Assembly: GCA_002269645.1 (NCBI GenBank) | Contig: NIVC01004800.1 | Coordinates: 1 to 34,854 of the forward strand | Source of the DNA: Macrostomum lignano | Taxonomy: Eukaryota | Length of the DNA stretch: 34,854 bases | Reading direction: 5' to 3' | In this document: one piece after another, positions 11,354 through 23,297 of the stretch | How the letters are laid out: each line of letters opens with the position of its first letter | Position numbering within the stretch: the first letter of the stretch is position 1 | The notes under the pieces: generated by a model | Seen by the model: only the letters and a program-made list of their open reading frames with translations | Database searches by the model: none | Told to the model about the DNA's origin: nothing | Program-made: the position numbers and the translations under genes

Positions 11354-12298
11354 CTCACCTTACTGACTTTGAGAATCCTCACCTTACTCACTTTGAGAAT
11401 CCTCACCTTACTCACTTTGAGAATCCTCACCTTATCACTTTGAGAATCTTCACCTTACTCACTTTAAGAATCTTCACCTTACTCACTTTGAGAATCTTCA
11501 TCTTACCCACTTTGAGAATCCTCACTTGACTCACTTTGAGAAGCCTCACCTTACTCACTTTGAGAATCTTCACCTTACTCACTTTTAGAATCTTCACTTT
11601 AATCACTTTGAGAATCTTCATCTACTCACTTTGAGAATCCTCACCTTAATCACTTTGAGAATCTTCACCTTACTCACTTTAAGAATCTTCACCTTACTCA
11701 CTTTGAGAATCTTCACCTTACTCACTTTGAGAATCTTCATCTACCCACTTTGAGAATCCTCACTTGACTCACTTTGAGAAGCCTCACCTTACTCACTTTG
11801 ATAATCCTCACCTTACTCACTTTGAGAATCTTCACCTTACTCACTTTTAGAATCTTCACTTTAATCACTTTGAGAATCTTCATCTACCCACTTTGAGAAT
11901 CCTCACTTGACTCACTTTGAGAAGCCTCACCTTACTCACTTTGATAATCCTCACCTTACTCACTTTGAGAATCTTCACCTTACTCACTTTTAGAATCTTC
12001 GCTTTAATCACTTTGAGAATCTTCATCTACCCACTTTGAGAATCCTCACTTGACTCACTTTGAGAAGCCTCACCTTACTCACTTTGAGAATCCTCACCTT
12101 ACTCACTTTAAGAATCTTCACCTTACTCACTTAGCGAATCTTCACTTTAATCACTTTGAGAATCTTCATCTACCCACTTTGAGAATCCTCACTTGACTCA
12201 CTTTGAGAAGCCTCACCTTACTCACTTTGATAATCCTCACCTTACTCACTTTGAGAATCTTCACCTTACTCACTTTGAGAAGCCTCACCTTACTCACT
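11354..12298. repeat. 24-bp minisatellite (~39 units), consensus CTCACCTTACTCACTTTGAGAATC, with higher-order period
   Basis: Direct tandem units. The variant CATCTACCC recurs at 11738, 11881, 12024 and 12167 (143-bp period, 6 units). Confidence 0.97.
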
Positions 12299-12322
12299 GA
12301 GGTTCCAGGGGCTAAAAAACAG

Positions 12323-12819
12323 ATGAATTGCCAATTGATGAGCAGCAATCAGCGCCAGCTAACAGCCGGCATGGAGCGAGTGCGGCCCCGGCCACGCCTA
12401 GAACTGGCTGTCGGGGGCATCGGCCGGCCCTCAGTAGTCCTTGGCCAGCACAATCAGCACAATCAGCAGCAGCAGCAGCATCAACAGTTGATGCCGGCGG
12501 TTGGCAAGTTATTATTGCCGGACGACGCCACTGAGCGACAGTTTAGCGTTGACGATCTGGAAGATCTAGGCGAGATTGGCCGCGGCGCATTTGGCGCAGT
12601 GAACCGGATGCGCTACACCCCCACCGGAGTCGTGCTGGCCGTTAAACGGATCCGATCAACTGTAGACGAACGGCAGCAGAAGAATATGCTGCTAGAATTG
12701 AATGTAGTTGTCAATTGTCAATGCGAATTTATAGCCCGCTCATATGGCGCACTGTTTAAGGAAGGCGACTGCTGGATCTGCATGGAATTGATGGATACTA
12801 GTCTGGATAAGTTCTACAG
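12323..12819 (+). CDS. MAP2K4: MAP kinase kinase 4 (MKK4/SEK1), exon 1
   Basis: DDLEDLGEIGRGAFGAVN, AVKRIRSTVDERQQK, CWICMELMDTSLDKFY. Donor AG|GTTCGT at 12820. Start at ATG 12323 is assumed; ATG 12338 or an upstream exon is possible. Confidence 0.93.
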
Positions 12820-13127
12820 GTTCGTTTTTGTCCGAACAATTTTGCGCCTGTAATTGCCACAACGCACTAATCATAGTAATGAATGCTTCTCTCGCAAAAG
12901 TATGTTGACCCCACCCAAAGAGGCACGATGAGATGGTTAGAGTCGCTACATGTATAACGTGAGCGTGTGCCTGAGTACATATCCGCATGATTATTCTTGC
13001 CTGTGAATCGAATTGAAAGCCAAAGATGTCAGCTGGCATTAGTCAAATAAATTAAAAAAATCGAATAAAATATCAACATCGCTACCCTACCCTGTACATT
13101 TCTGAGCCTGTCTGACCTACAGAAGCT

Positions 13128-13436
13128 GCATAATAATAATAATTGGGCCAGATATATAACGGACAGTTCAGTAACATCTGAAGGCTGCATACGGCTGTTC
13201 AGTACAAGGACTGGGGGGAGGTCGCTACGCAACACCCTCATGTAGGGCTGCCGGCCCTACATGGCGCCAGAACGAATCGATCATCATCCCAGCTCATGCT
13301 GGCACCCATTTTACAGCTGCGTGAACTGAAGCAATGCAGAGTTAAGTTGCTCAAGGGCCGGGATCGGTAATTGAACCCCCGACCTTCTAGTTGTGAGTCC
13401 TACGCTCAGACGGTCTTAACCGCTAGGCTACAACCC
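13128..13436 (-). mobile_element. tRNA-derived SINE in the MKK4 intron
   Basis: Minus-strand head GGGGTTGTAGCCTAGCGGTTAAGAC (A box) ... GGTTCAATTACC (B-box-like). Body CTGTAAAATGGGTGCCAGC. 3' end GTTATATATCTGGCCCAATTATTATTATTAT with a (TTA)n tail. Confidence 0.8.
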
Positions 13437-13859
13437 CCTCCTGCAGTAAGTCTGTAGACTCAATGTCTACAGATTACTTAAATTCGAAAATTGATAAAGT
13501 TTCAAAATCCCAAGAATACCAACCAATGATTATTACAATTATTTAAAGCTAAATTAACAAAATATGAAACTTAATTTAAATTATATCCAGTGCAGAGACT
13601 GGGTGCTAATTTTGTATCCGGAGTCCGAATTCAGGATGTCATGAAAGTGATGCTAATATGAGCAGACTGTATGATTGGTTTAGTATAGCATTCTTATTAA
13701 TAGACCTTTTGCCTAAGTGGAAAACTAAGTTGATTGAAACTTCTGAATTCTGTAGATTTACAGTTTGTTTTGTCTTCTATAAGTACATGATTCCAGATCA
13801 GTTAAATTACGTTTACTTACCTGTTACCTATAATTACAATTAACTACCACCACCTGCAG

Positions 13860-14502
13860 AATTGTCTACCACCATCTGCACGAGGCCATCCCGGAGGTTG
13901 TAATCGCTCGGATCGCTTTGGCAACAGTTTCGGCGCTGGACTATCTTAAAGAGAAGCTAGGCATGATGCACCGAGACGTGAAGCCCAGCAATATCCTGGC
14001 TGACAGGCGGGGCCGGGTGAAGCTGTGCGACTTCGGTATAGCCGGCAAGCTCGTTGACAGCATAGCCAAGACCCGCGACGCCGGCTGCCGGCCCTACATG
14101 GCGCCAGAACGAATCGATCATCAGCGCATGACCGAAGGCTACGACGTGCGCAGCGACGTCTGGTCGTTAGGCATCTCGTTGTACGAACTGTGCACCGGCC
14201 GCTTCCCCTATAGACAGTGGGGCACAATGTTTGAGCAGCTGGAACAGGTGGTGAAGAGCGATCCGCCTAGGCTAACCGATATTCGCTACTCCGAGGAGGC
14301 CCGCAGTTTTGCTAATCTCTGCCTAACTAAAGACGTCAAGAAGCGGCCAAAATACCGGCAATTGTTGCAGCATCCGTTCCTATTGGAGAGCGCCGCTCTC
14401 GACGCCGACGCCGATATTGCCGCCTACTTCTGCAGCGTGCTGAACCGGACGCCGGAGGAAGCCCAACTGGCTGACCTCCTGGCCGCTGTACACGTTGCTT
14501 AA
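13860..14502 (+). CDS. MAP2K4: MKK4 exon 2 (spliced protein 379 aa)
   Basis: Acceptor CTGCAG|A gives the in-frame join FYR-IVYHHL. HRDVKPSNIL and DFGIAGKLVDSIAKTRDAGCRPYMAPERID (the MKK4 activation loop). Stop TAA at 14500-14502. Confidence 0.96.
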
Positions 14503-16172
14503 GCTGTTCCTAATTAATACGTACACCTGTCTTCTTTTCGTAATTAAAGAAGAGTGGTGTAGTTTTCTAAAATTCTACTTAAACCTTGCTTGAAGTATCT
14601 TCCTACTGTAAGTACAAATCTAAGGATAGTTTAAACAATTTTAAAGAAGTTTCCAATCAACTCTGTTAAACCTCTGAAAGATATTTTGGTATAGCTTTTA
14701 GTGACACTTGTTTAATTGAAAGTTTGTCATTTTTTCACTTTGAGTCTATCTACCTACTATTAGTAGAACAACGGTCGGATATTTTTGTGTATATTCAAAA
14801 ACAAAAATTTATTAAGCCATCCCGAGTCATCCAGCTGAGTCATGCATTGATGCATTACGCATACTTGTGCAACTTTACCTATAACTCTGATCGATTTCCT
14901 TACCATTTGGGTAACACATTTTTAAAGAAACATATGATTACATTATTCCATTATGTACTGCTTTGGTAAGCCCATTTTATTAAGTGATTAATTGATCTCA
15001 ACCTTTTCTATTACAAAACATTCTATTATTTTTAATAAACATGATATAATGCTGCACTGTTTGGTGTTTCTTCGGGCGGTATATTATTTATTAGGTGATT
15101 AGCTAACTGCCCACTAGCCATTAGCTTTCATAGTTTTGGATAGTAAAGAGACGCTTAGTCAGATAGCCTTGATTAGTCATGTTCTATTTTTAGCTCAGGG
15201 CTTTGGCTCGCCTGCGCGGGGCTATAGGGGCTTAAGCGCAAGATAAAGGAGAGGAGAGGGCAGACTATGACTCATACTCAGGCTTGAAAAATTGTGGGGT
15301 AAGAAAGATCTGATTCACCACTGTTATTAGCTTTAAGCCTTTAGCTTATCTATTCAGCTAGCATATATAGACCCCTTAGTCCTGAAAGCGGTATCCTAAG
15401 TCTGATAAGAACTGTTTAGATTAGTCTTAGAATCAGATGTTTAATATATTGGTTGAATATTGTACACACAAAGAGCTTGCTTCTATATTTATTCTCTAAT
15501 TGTTTTTTTACTCGTTTACTGGTTTACACAAGTGCACCGTAGTCCTTAAAGACACATCATAGTCATTGTATTTGCTTTGCACAAAATAAGCTTTCAATAT
15601 CTTCTATTTTGTTTCATGCCTGTGATATTGGAAAGTTAAGAAATCTCGTTCATGAAGAACTCGTTCATGAGTCCGGAGTTTCACATAGTTGAGGTGTTTC
15701 TCACGTTTATTCATTCAAGCTTTCTTCTCTTCACACAGTTCAGTTTTGTATTATTCAACATATTCAGACTCCGGAGCGCAGGGCAATTTCATGCTTGATT
15801 AGAGTGTCATTTTGCTCGTTTATATTAATTAATAGATTTTCATATTTTTGACAAGACCAAAAAAAGCTAGTCGTCCGCTATGCAGATCAATTTAAATGTC
15901 TTTTTATTTGCAAATACACAGCCTGGAAACATTGAAACTTGCCCCTTTGTTTGGTCTATCTGTCATTGTTGATAAAATTTTGTCTTTATTCTTGGCTTCT
16001 TAAGATATACTTTTTAGATATAGATTAAAGATTTAGAATACTGAAATGCTAATCACCAGTTTATCACCAGTTTAAGATCAACAGAGAAATATAAAGATAA
16101 TCGCACTAATTGTATCTTTCATGACAGAAAGTCATCCTTTGTTTAACAAAAGCAGCAGTACCAAGCAGTAGA

Positions 16173-17179
16173 ATGGCAGACCCATCTGGTGCCTCAGCCA
16201 ACACGGCAGCGACAGCTGGTAGTGCCTTCGTAGAAGGCATCGGCTCTGAGGTTGTCGTCTGCCTCTTCATCCTACTTGCTGGCCTAATCCTTGTTGCTGC
16301 TTGGCTATCAACGTACGTGCCGCAGGATATGCGACCTATTGCTGTGTTCGTGTTTGAAAATTTTGGCCGCTACAGACCTGGCGAGCAGCAGCAGCAACCG
16401 CAGCAGGTAGCGACCGCGCCGCTGCCTCCCGCAGCAATCACTGGTCCGGCTCCTATTCCAACAGCTGCTGCTGAAGCTCCGAGCGCTTCAACAGCAACAA
16501 CTGAAACTCCGTCTAGCAGTGCGTCGCCATCCTCTGACACTGCTCGCATCGCGACGCCACCCTCTGACAGTGCTCGCATCGCGACGGAGCCTGCGACAGT
16601 GCCAGACGCTGCAGCAGATGCTGGCGACACCACCGCCATTGATACTCCAGCTGCAGCCGCTGCGGTCACCACCGATCTGGCCGCCTATGATGTTGACGTG
16701 CTGGAATCAGACGGCGACCTTGACCCAGAGATGCGCGAACGCGTCGAGGACGTGCTTAACGAGTACACCCAGGTTATGGAGGCTAAGAACGATTCGGAAC
16801 TGCGAAATCGACGATTAAAGTATTTTAATTGTCTGCTGACCCAGCCGGCTGACTCTGATGCCAGCGCCAGCGTTGCCTCAACTTCTGGGGCTGGAACTGG
16901 CGCGGCCGCTTCTCCTGTCTCTGCATCTGATACTCCGGCATCAGCTGTTGTCGTTGGAAGCGAAGCTGCTTCATCATCGATCCTCGAGTCGTCTTCCGCG
17001 ATGCCGTCCGCAGCTCCTGCTGCCACCGTTGATACAGCGTCCGCCGCTGCGCCAACATCGTCGGCGACTGCATCTTCGAGCCGACCACCGGGCAGTCTGC
17101 TACTCAGATTGAAATACTTTAACGACGATCTGCGCACGGTTGTAGCCCTGCCCAACGAGTCTATTGCAAATTTTAAACG
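16173..17179 (+). CDS. TMUB: Transmembrane and ubiquitin-like domain protein (TMUB1/2 family), exon 1
   Basis: N-terminal EGIGSEV...LILVAAWLST TM segment, long A/S/T/P linker, UBL start LLLRLKYFND. Donor CG|GTTAGT at 17180. Confidence 0.88.
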
Positions 17180-17423
17180 GTTAGTCGCTAGTTGGTGATG
17201 TTTTGGATTGATGTTTGATTTTTAGGAGTTTACATTAAGGTACGATGTACTAATGACCTAGGTATTATTCCGTTGAAAATATGCTTTCTGATAGCAACAA
17301 TTTGAGTACTTGTTCCTTGCTTAAAACACTTGTCTGCATGAAATCGGATATCGTTCCTGTCATCCTAAAGATCCTGCAATATGAAAATAATATATTTAAT
17401 AACACCTATATATCCCATTCCAG

Positions 17424-17919
17424 GAAGCACTTCCAAGTAGAAATGTCGCGCAATATGAACATTCGTCTCATCTACAACGGTCGCGAGCTCAAAGAGGGCA
17501 CAGATTGTACCTTGGCCAGCTACGCCATACCCGAGGAGGCCACCATTCATTGTCTCATCACCGAACGAAATACGAGTGCCAACGAGGAGTCCGGAGCTGC
17601 TGCTGCCTCTGGTGGTGGCGGCGGTGCAGCAGAAGGCGACGGCGTCGGACCATTGGAAGGTCAGGGCGACATTGGTAGCTACATGTTTCCACTATTTGGC
17701 GGCATCCTTGGTATTATCTGGTACTGTCGGGTCTGCTACAAAGCCTATTTTAACTTCATGTCAACTATGGCACTTGGCGCCGTTACCCTACTGTTTTTTG
17801 CTGCCTTCTTCGCCTCCTGGTCGGCTCGGCCGGCCAGGCAAACTGGTCAAATACACGTGCATAGAATTAACCTGGACGCGCAGCAGCAGCAGCAGCAGCA
17901 GCAAGACCAACAAGCGTAA
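17424..17919 (+). CDS. TMUB: TMUB exon 2 (spliced protein 500 aa)
   Basis: Acceptor TTCCAG|G gives FKR-KHF. UBL IRLIYNGREL...IHCLIT, then two C-terminal TM helices (MFPLFGGILGIIWY; STMALGAVTLLFFAAFF), polyQ and TAA. Confidence 0.9.
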
Positions 17920-20767
17920 AGATTTCTAACCGACTTGAATGGGGCAAAAGTTGGATCAACAAGTCTAGTTTAATAGAAGATTCTCTGCCGAGTCTTTGTC
18001 AATTTCACTGTCATATTGTGATTCTTTTTGATTTGCACCGTTGAGTTTAGAATGAGATTAGCAACAAAACTCGTTTGTAAGCTCGTCTGGACGTTAGTGA
18101 CGGTCAGCTAGAATGTTCGAGCTAGGAGCTACGAGTAGTTGAAACTTTACCCAGTCTATTGGTCAAAACTCAAAGTCCCGGTCGCTCCTTATATTTTAAT
18201 ATTTTTTCCATCGCCTAGTAAAGCAAAAAGCTTTCATTCTCTTTTTTCAGTTCCTTTGGTAGCTTCGGTTATTGCTATTGTTGTACCTCTTATTTGATAA
18301 TCAAAAAAGCAAAAATCTGTTTTTCTGGCTGTACGTTAAGGTTTATTACATTATTGTGTTTGATTTCGTTTTAGTTTTCTCTTTAAAAATCATTTAATTA
18401 AGGTGCATATTTCGGTATAAATACTTCTGCAAATTACAGACAGAGTGGAAGGTAACACCTTAACTGCAGCCATTCATGATCGATTCATTAATTCTATTTC
18501 ATTATTATTCACTATATACAAGGTAATGGGTTTGTAAATTCTAATGTATATATATACATACTTAAGTGGATGTCATTACCACTGCCCGTGTACTATGTAC
18601 ACAATCTTAGATTATTCAAGTCTCTTCTGAACTAAAGCTAGAAAAATTAGTATTCACCAATTTTCGACTGTGACTCGATTGTAATTGCTAAAAACATATT
18701 ACAAAAAATTAAAGATTTATTTTGGTTCCGACCTCGATCGCACAGGCCTTTAACTAATCGTGGTATTTCTTCTGTAAATATACGAGCATATTTGTTTCTA
18801 CTGTTTAAATTTCTTTTTAACTATATATTGAATCTATTTTTGTGTTTAATTACTAAATCTATAATATGAATTTGCAATAATTAGACTTTAATCATTAACG
18901 TCTGTCAAATTGTGAGCAAATAAGTTCTTGCTAAATAAAACAAATCAGCCAGTACAACAGCAATAGAAGAAAAAAGCGTGATTTAAATATCGACCTGTGC
19001 CTGGGTCGTGTTGGGTAATTTTTTAAATGGAATTTCTGCTTTCAAAACGCAAATTCCTGTTTAGGTATGCCAGTTTTTTCACTCGTCTTCAACGCTTCAA
19101 CTTTATATTCAATGCATGTTTTTTAATCAATGAGTTTTGACCGAATTAATGTAATTAACGTGTGTACGTGTGCTATAAGTATTTTAAAAAAATGTTTGCT
19201 TTTTTTCTTGAGCCACTACTGCACTGCAACAAGCACCATCTGAGGGTTAATTAATTACTCACAACTGTCAATGTGTACTTGAACACTCGAGGTTCCTAAC
19301 AAAAGACCTAACCGGCTACTAATTAATATATATATATATATCGCCTTTTTATTTGAAAAGAAAGCTTAGGTCTCCGTGTTCTGATTTGCCCTAAAACCTA
19401 CTCTGTAAGCCTATATATTAAGAACACTTGTTTCCAATTCCTTCCTGTCTGTCTGTCTGTCTGCTGTCTGTAAGTCTGTGTTTACTGTGTTTATTGTAGA
19501 TAAACGCTTGTTGGAAATCGGGCCAATATCTGTGTGACATTGCCCTTTATGAACGATGTTACTTCTTGGTGTTTTAATTGCTGCTTTATTTCTGCAAATA
19601 TTGCATAGACAGATTGTAACGCGTTATTTTTCAATATTAAAGTACTTGATCATAATCATAAGATCATAAGATTTAATCATAAGTTAGAAACTTAGGATTC
19701 ATTAGTTACCGCAGCTAGATTTTTATATCAGTATCAGATCCTAATTTATTTTATTACGTCATTTTCGTAGAGAACTCCCACTGTCTAATTGATATTTATG
19801 TATTTAATTCCTTTGTCCTATGTTGCCCTATCGTTTCTAACTGTACTGTAGAACTTTTTTGCATGCAAACCGGTTTTTCCGGTTTAGGAACCAGTGTTAT
19901 GTAAATGTAAACCCTATATAAACCCGGGGCTTCGACTACCAATTAAACAAACCTAAACCTTGCGCTGTCCTCTCTGCCCCCTTTTGGCCTTCCAGTCGTC
20001 CTCTCTCAGTCACGCATTAAGCGCGTGATCCCTACTAGACTAGTGTTGTGTACAGGGCCAGGCTACCAGGCTTTTTTACTGGTCTAGAACGTGTTTGCGG
20101 GCGTGTGAAAGCTATGGAGAGAAGGAGTGGAGTGAAAAAGGGCTGAGTGAGGGACTGAGTGAGGGTAGGTTCTAAATGTACAGTGTGGAACGTTTCGCGT
20201 CTCGTGTTGGGCAGGGTGGGGTTGCAAGTCACATGATCAGCTAGGGTTGAGAGGAAATGGGGTGGGGCTGGCCCCAGCCTTCATTTCATTGCGCACGCGG
20301 AGGGGGTAGAAAGGAGAGGGCAAGGCCAGGGTTTGCAGTGTTTGCTTGCTGAACTGAACGCGAGATTTTCCTTCCCTTTCCAAGCGCCGCCCCACGTCTC
20401 TCTGTGCCTAGACCTTAGAGAAATAATTTGCAGAATTTTTCGCCTACGTAGGAGCATTGGTCTGTGTGTTTCTTCTGTGTGCCCGATTTCAACGAACGCC
20501 TCCCCTTCTATTTTGGCCAATCACATGCCCTTTAATGGTTCTTCTTCCCCCTATTGTACATATATGCTAGTTATTCTATATAACCAACTGAAGTGTGCAG
20601 TGTAGCAAGCCTTCTTGTCTCGTATTTCCAGCCGGGAGAACCCAACTCCGGTTTGTAAAAAAAGAATAAGCAACCTCAACTGTACAATCAGATTGTCTGA
20701 TTCAACGGCAAACAAAGGTGAACATCAAACCTGTCAGCTACTACCGACAAGTAGTTAATAATTAATT

Positions 20768-21103
20768 ATGCGAACCAAGCAGTGCGCGATTCGGCGCGTG
20801 GCAAACAGTGAGGAGGAAGACAATACTGAGGCAACGTTAGTTGCGCCTCAGTTGCCTGAGCCACTGTCGCAGCCCCAAACGCCTACTCTGACTACTACTA
20901 TAATTAATGGTCAAGGCCAGCAGCAATTGGAGGACGGCACTGTGGTTGTGCAACCGGAAGCCGTTGCTGAGACTGGCAATAGCCAAGTTGCCTGCTTCGA
21001 TCAGGCCTCGTCCGGTGCTCGATGCGCCGCGCCAGGAATTTACGACACCGTTAAGTGCACCGCTTGTGGAAAGAAAGTCAATCCTTACAATGGCACTATG
21101 GAT
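20768..21103 (+). CDS. ATRX-type ADD-domain protein, exon 1
   Basis: ORF from ATG 20768 ending VKCTACGKKVNPYNGTMD. Donor GTAAGT at 21104, phase 0. Confidence 0.85.
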
Positions 21104-21201
21104 GTAAGTGTGCAATAATTTTTTTTTCACTTTAAAACTGTTATCTACTACTTAGTGAATATGAATACTACTCAAAAGTTTGTTTTTCCATCTTCATTCA
21201 G

Positions 21202-21522
21202 GTGCATCCGCTACTAAAAGTGCTGGTGTGCCAGAAATGCTATAAATTCTACGCGTCTGGCCACTTCGACTCGGACGAGCAGGGCAAAGAGAACCAGTGT
21301 CGCTGGTGCGGCGAAGGCGGCTCATTAATCTGCTGCGACAATTGCGAGCATTCATTCTGCCGCACTTGTATTAAACGCAATCTTGGTCGCAGCGCTCTGC
21401 AGGATATTGAAAGCTTGCCGGACGAGTCTGTTTGGCTTTGCTACGCCTGCGATCAGAGCTCACTAAGGCACCTACAGGAGGAAGCCGTTGTTGTTATTAA
21501 AACTGTTAAAGAGCACTTTCTG
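21202..21522 (+). CDS. ATRX-type ADD-domain protein, exon 2 (GATA-like plus PHD fingers)
   Basis: HPLLKVLVCQKC...QCRWCGEGGSLICCDNCEHSFCRTCIKRNLGR...WLCYAC matches the ATRX ADD pattern rather than the DNMT3 one. Acceptor TTCAG at 21201, donor GTACGT at 21523. Confidence 0.93.
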
Positions 21523-21984
21523 GTACGTTGTATTTCTTCTAGAAGCTCGGGGACAAAAAGGGGAGCGAGGGGAGGGCGGCGAGTAGACAGGAATAGAAGG
21601 GCTCGAATGAGGTAGACAGGAATGGGAAGCAAAGACGGGAAGTCTAGTTTTCTCAAACGTGCTGAAAATACGAGAGATTTAGGCTCAGCTGGAGATATGC
21701 GCACAGTATTGCTCGCGCAACAAATTGGAAAACTTGCATCACCCTCCTCTAAACCCCAGCCCAGTCATTCTCCTCAGTATATGTCAGTTGATTGCCGTGT
21801 GAACGATTGCCAGATGGGCTAGACTAGATGGGAGACGGAAAGGGTTAGACTAGATGGAAAGGTTGGACTAGATAGGAGGCAAACAGGAAGGGAGAGTCGG
21901 AGACCCGAAAGCAGTGGCATAGCCAGGGGGGCCCAATCGCCTAGGGGGGTGGGGTTGGGCGCGGCGGGTACCAAAAACGGGTCG

Positions 21985-22814
21985 CCATCATAAGCTCGAA
22001 AAATCACATCGTCGAAACAGGGCTCCATCACAAGCTCGAAAAGTCATAAGCTCGAAAAATCACATCGTCGAAAACTGAATTAGCAGCGGGGGCCATCACA
22101 AGCTCGAAAAATCACATCGTCGAAAAGCATCCACCATCACAAGCTCGAAAAGTCATTAGCTCGAAAAGTCACATCGTCGAAAAGTTTAGCAACCACCATC
22201 ACAAGCTCAAAAAGTCATAAGCTCGAAAAGTCACATCGTCGAAAAGTTTAGCAACCACCATCACAAGCTCGAAAAATCACATCGTCGAAAAGTTTAGCAA
22301 CCACCATCACAAGCTCGAAAAGTCACATCGTCGAAAAGTCTAGCAACCACCATCACAAGCTCGAAAACTCACAAGCTCGAAAAATCACATCGTCGAAAAG
22401 TTTAGCAACCACCATCACAAGCTCGAAAAGTCATAAGCTCGAAAAGTCACATCGTCGAAAAGTCTAGCAACCACCATCACAAGCTCGAAAACTCACAAGC
22501 TCGAAAAATCACATCGTCGAAAAGTTTAGCAACCACCATCACAAGCTCGAAAAGTCATAAGCTCGAAAAGTCACATCGTCGAAAAGTCTAGCAACCACCA
22601 TCACAAGCTCGAAAACTCACAAGCTCGAAAAATCACATCGTCGAAAAGTTTAGCAACCACCATCACAAGCTCGAAAAGTCATAAGCTCGAAAAGTCACAT
22701 CGTCGAAAACTGATTTAGAAACCACCATCACAAGCTCGACAAGTCATAAGCTCGAAAAATCACATCGTCGAAAAGCTTAGCAAACATCATCACAAGCTCG
22801 AAAAGGCACAAGCT
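21985..22814 (+). repeat. Modular satellite arm (AAGCTCGAAAA / CATCGTCGAAAA / TAGCAACCACC modules; ~62-bp unit, 124-bp higher order)
   Basis: Direct tandem modules. The variant GTCTAGCAAC occurs at 22338, 22462 and 22586. Confidence 0.95.
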
Positions 22815-22815
22815 C

Positions 22816-23001
22816 TAACCCTAACCCCAAGGCACTAACCCTAACCCTAAGGCACCAGTACCCTAGCCTAACCCTGAAACATAACCCTAACCCCAACCCT
22901 AACCTAACCCTAAACCCTAACCCTAAGGCACAAGTTCTAACCCCAACCCTAAACTTAACCCTAAGCCCTAACCCTAAGGCACAAGCTCTAACCCTAACCC
23001 T
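22816..23001 (-). repeat. Degenerate interstitial telomere-like tract (TAACCC)n, i.e. (TTAGGG)n on the minus strand
   Basis: Many TAACCC units interrupted by AAGGCACAAGCTC segments. Confidence 0.9.
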
Positions 23002-23005
23002 ATTC

Positions 23006-23172
23006 AAGCTTGTGATGGTGGTTGCTAACCTTTTCGACGATGTGACTTTTCGAGCTTGTGATGGTGGTTGCTAAATTTTTCGACGATATGATTTTTCGAG
23101 CTTAGGACTTTTCGAGCTTGTGATGGTGGATGCTTTTCGACGATGTGATTTTTCGAGCTTGTGATGGCCCCC
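23006..23172 (-). repeat. Inverted copy of the modular satellite arm
   Basis: 23106-23172 is the exact reverse complement of 22088-22154 (67 bp). Confidence 0.93.
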
Positions 23173-23191
23173 CAAAAACCATGAGGCAATT

Positions 23192-23297
23192 GAGTGCCTG
23201 CGGCGCCAAAATAAGTGCCTGCGGCGCGCTAAAGTGAGTGCCTGCGGCGCTAAAATGAGTGCCTGCGGCGCCAAAATGAGTGCCTGCGGCGCCAAAA
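23192..23297. repeat. Five ~21-bp units GAGTGCCTGCGGCGCCAAAAT inside the composite element
   Basis: Direct tandem copies. The reverse complement matches the core of the 29604-30524 satellite. Confidence 0.9.

Noticed and set aside
11317-12322. Repeat-derived ORFs and a hydrophobic LTLLTLRIF N-terminal extension of MKK4 (ORF start 12203)
   Set aside because: These are products of a stop-poor 24-bp unit. The 23-bp variants break the frame, and the ORF start is not an ATG.
13365-13436. tRNA gene
   Set aside because: It has A/B boxes but no complete cloverleaf, and it continues into a SINE body and (TTA)n tail.
14820-14845. AP-1-like TGAGTCA downstream of a JNK-pathway kinase
   Set aside because: A single 7-mer is expected by chance.
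16370-17155. Antisense and alternative-frame ORFs over TMUB (likewise over the MKK4, ADD, tankyrase and orphan ORFs)
   Set aside because: These are shadow ORFs of GC-rich, low-complexity coding sequence.
17281-17423. ORF-track N-terminal part of the 212-aa ORF
   Set aside because: It lies within the GT-AG intron 17180-17423, which joins the two halves of the UBL domain.
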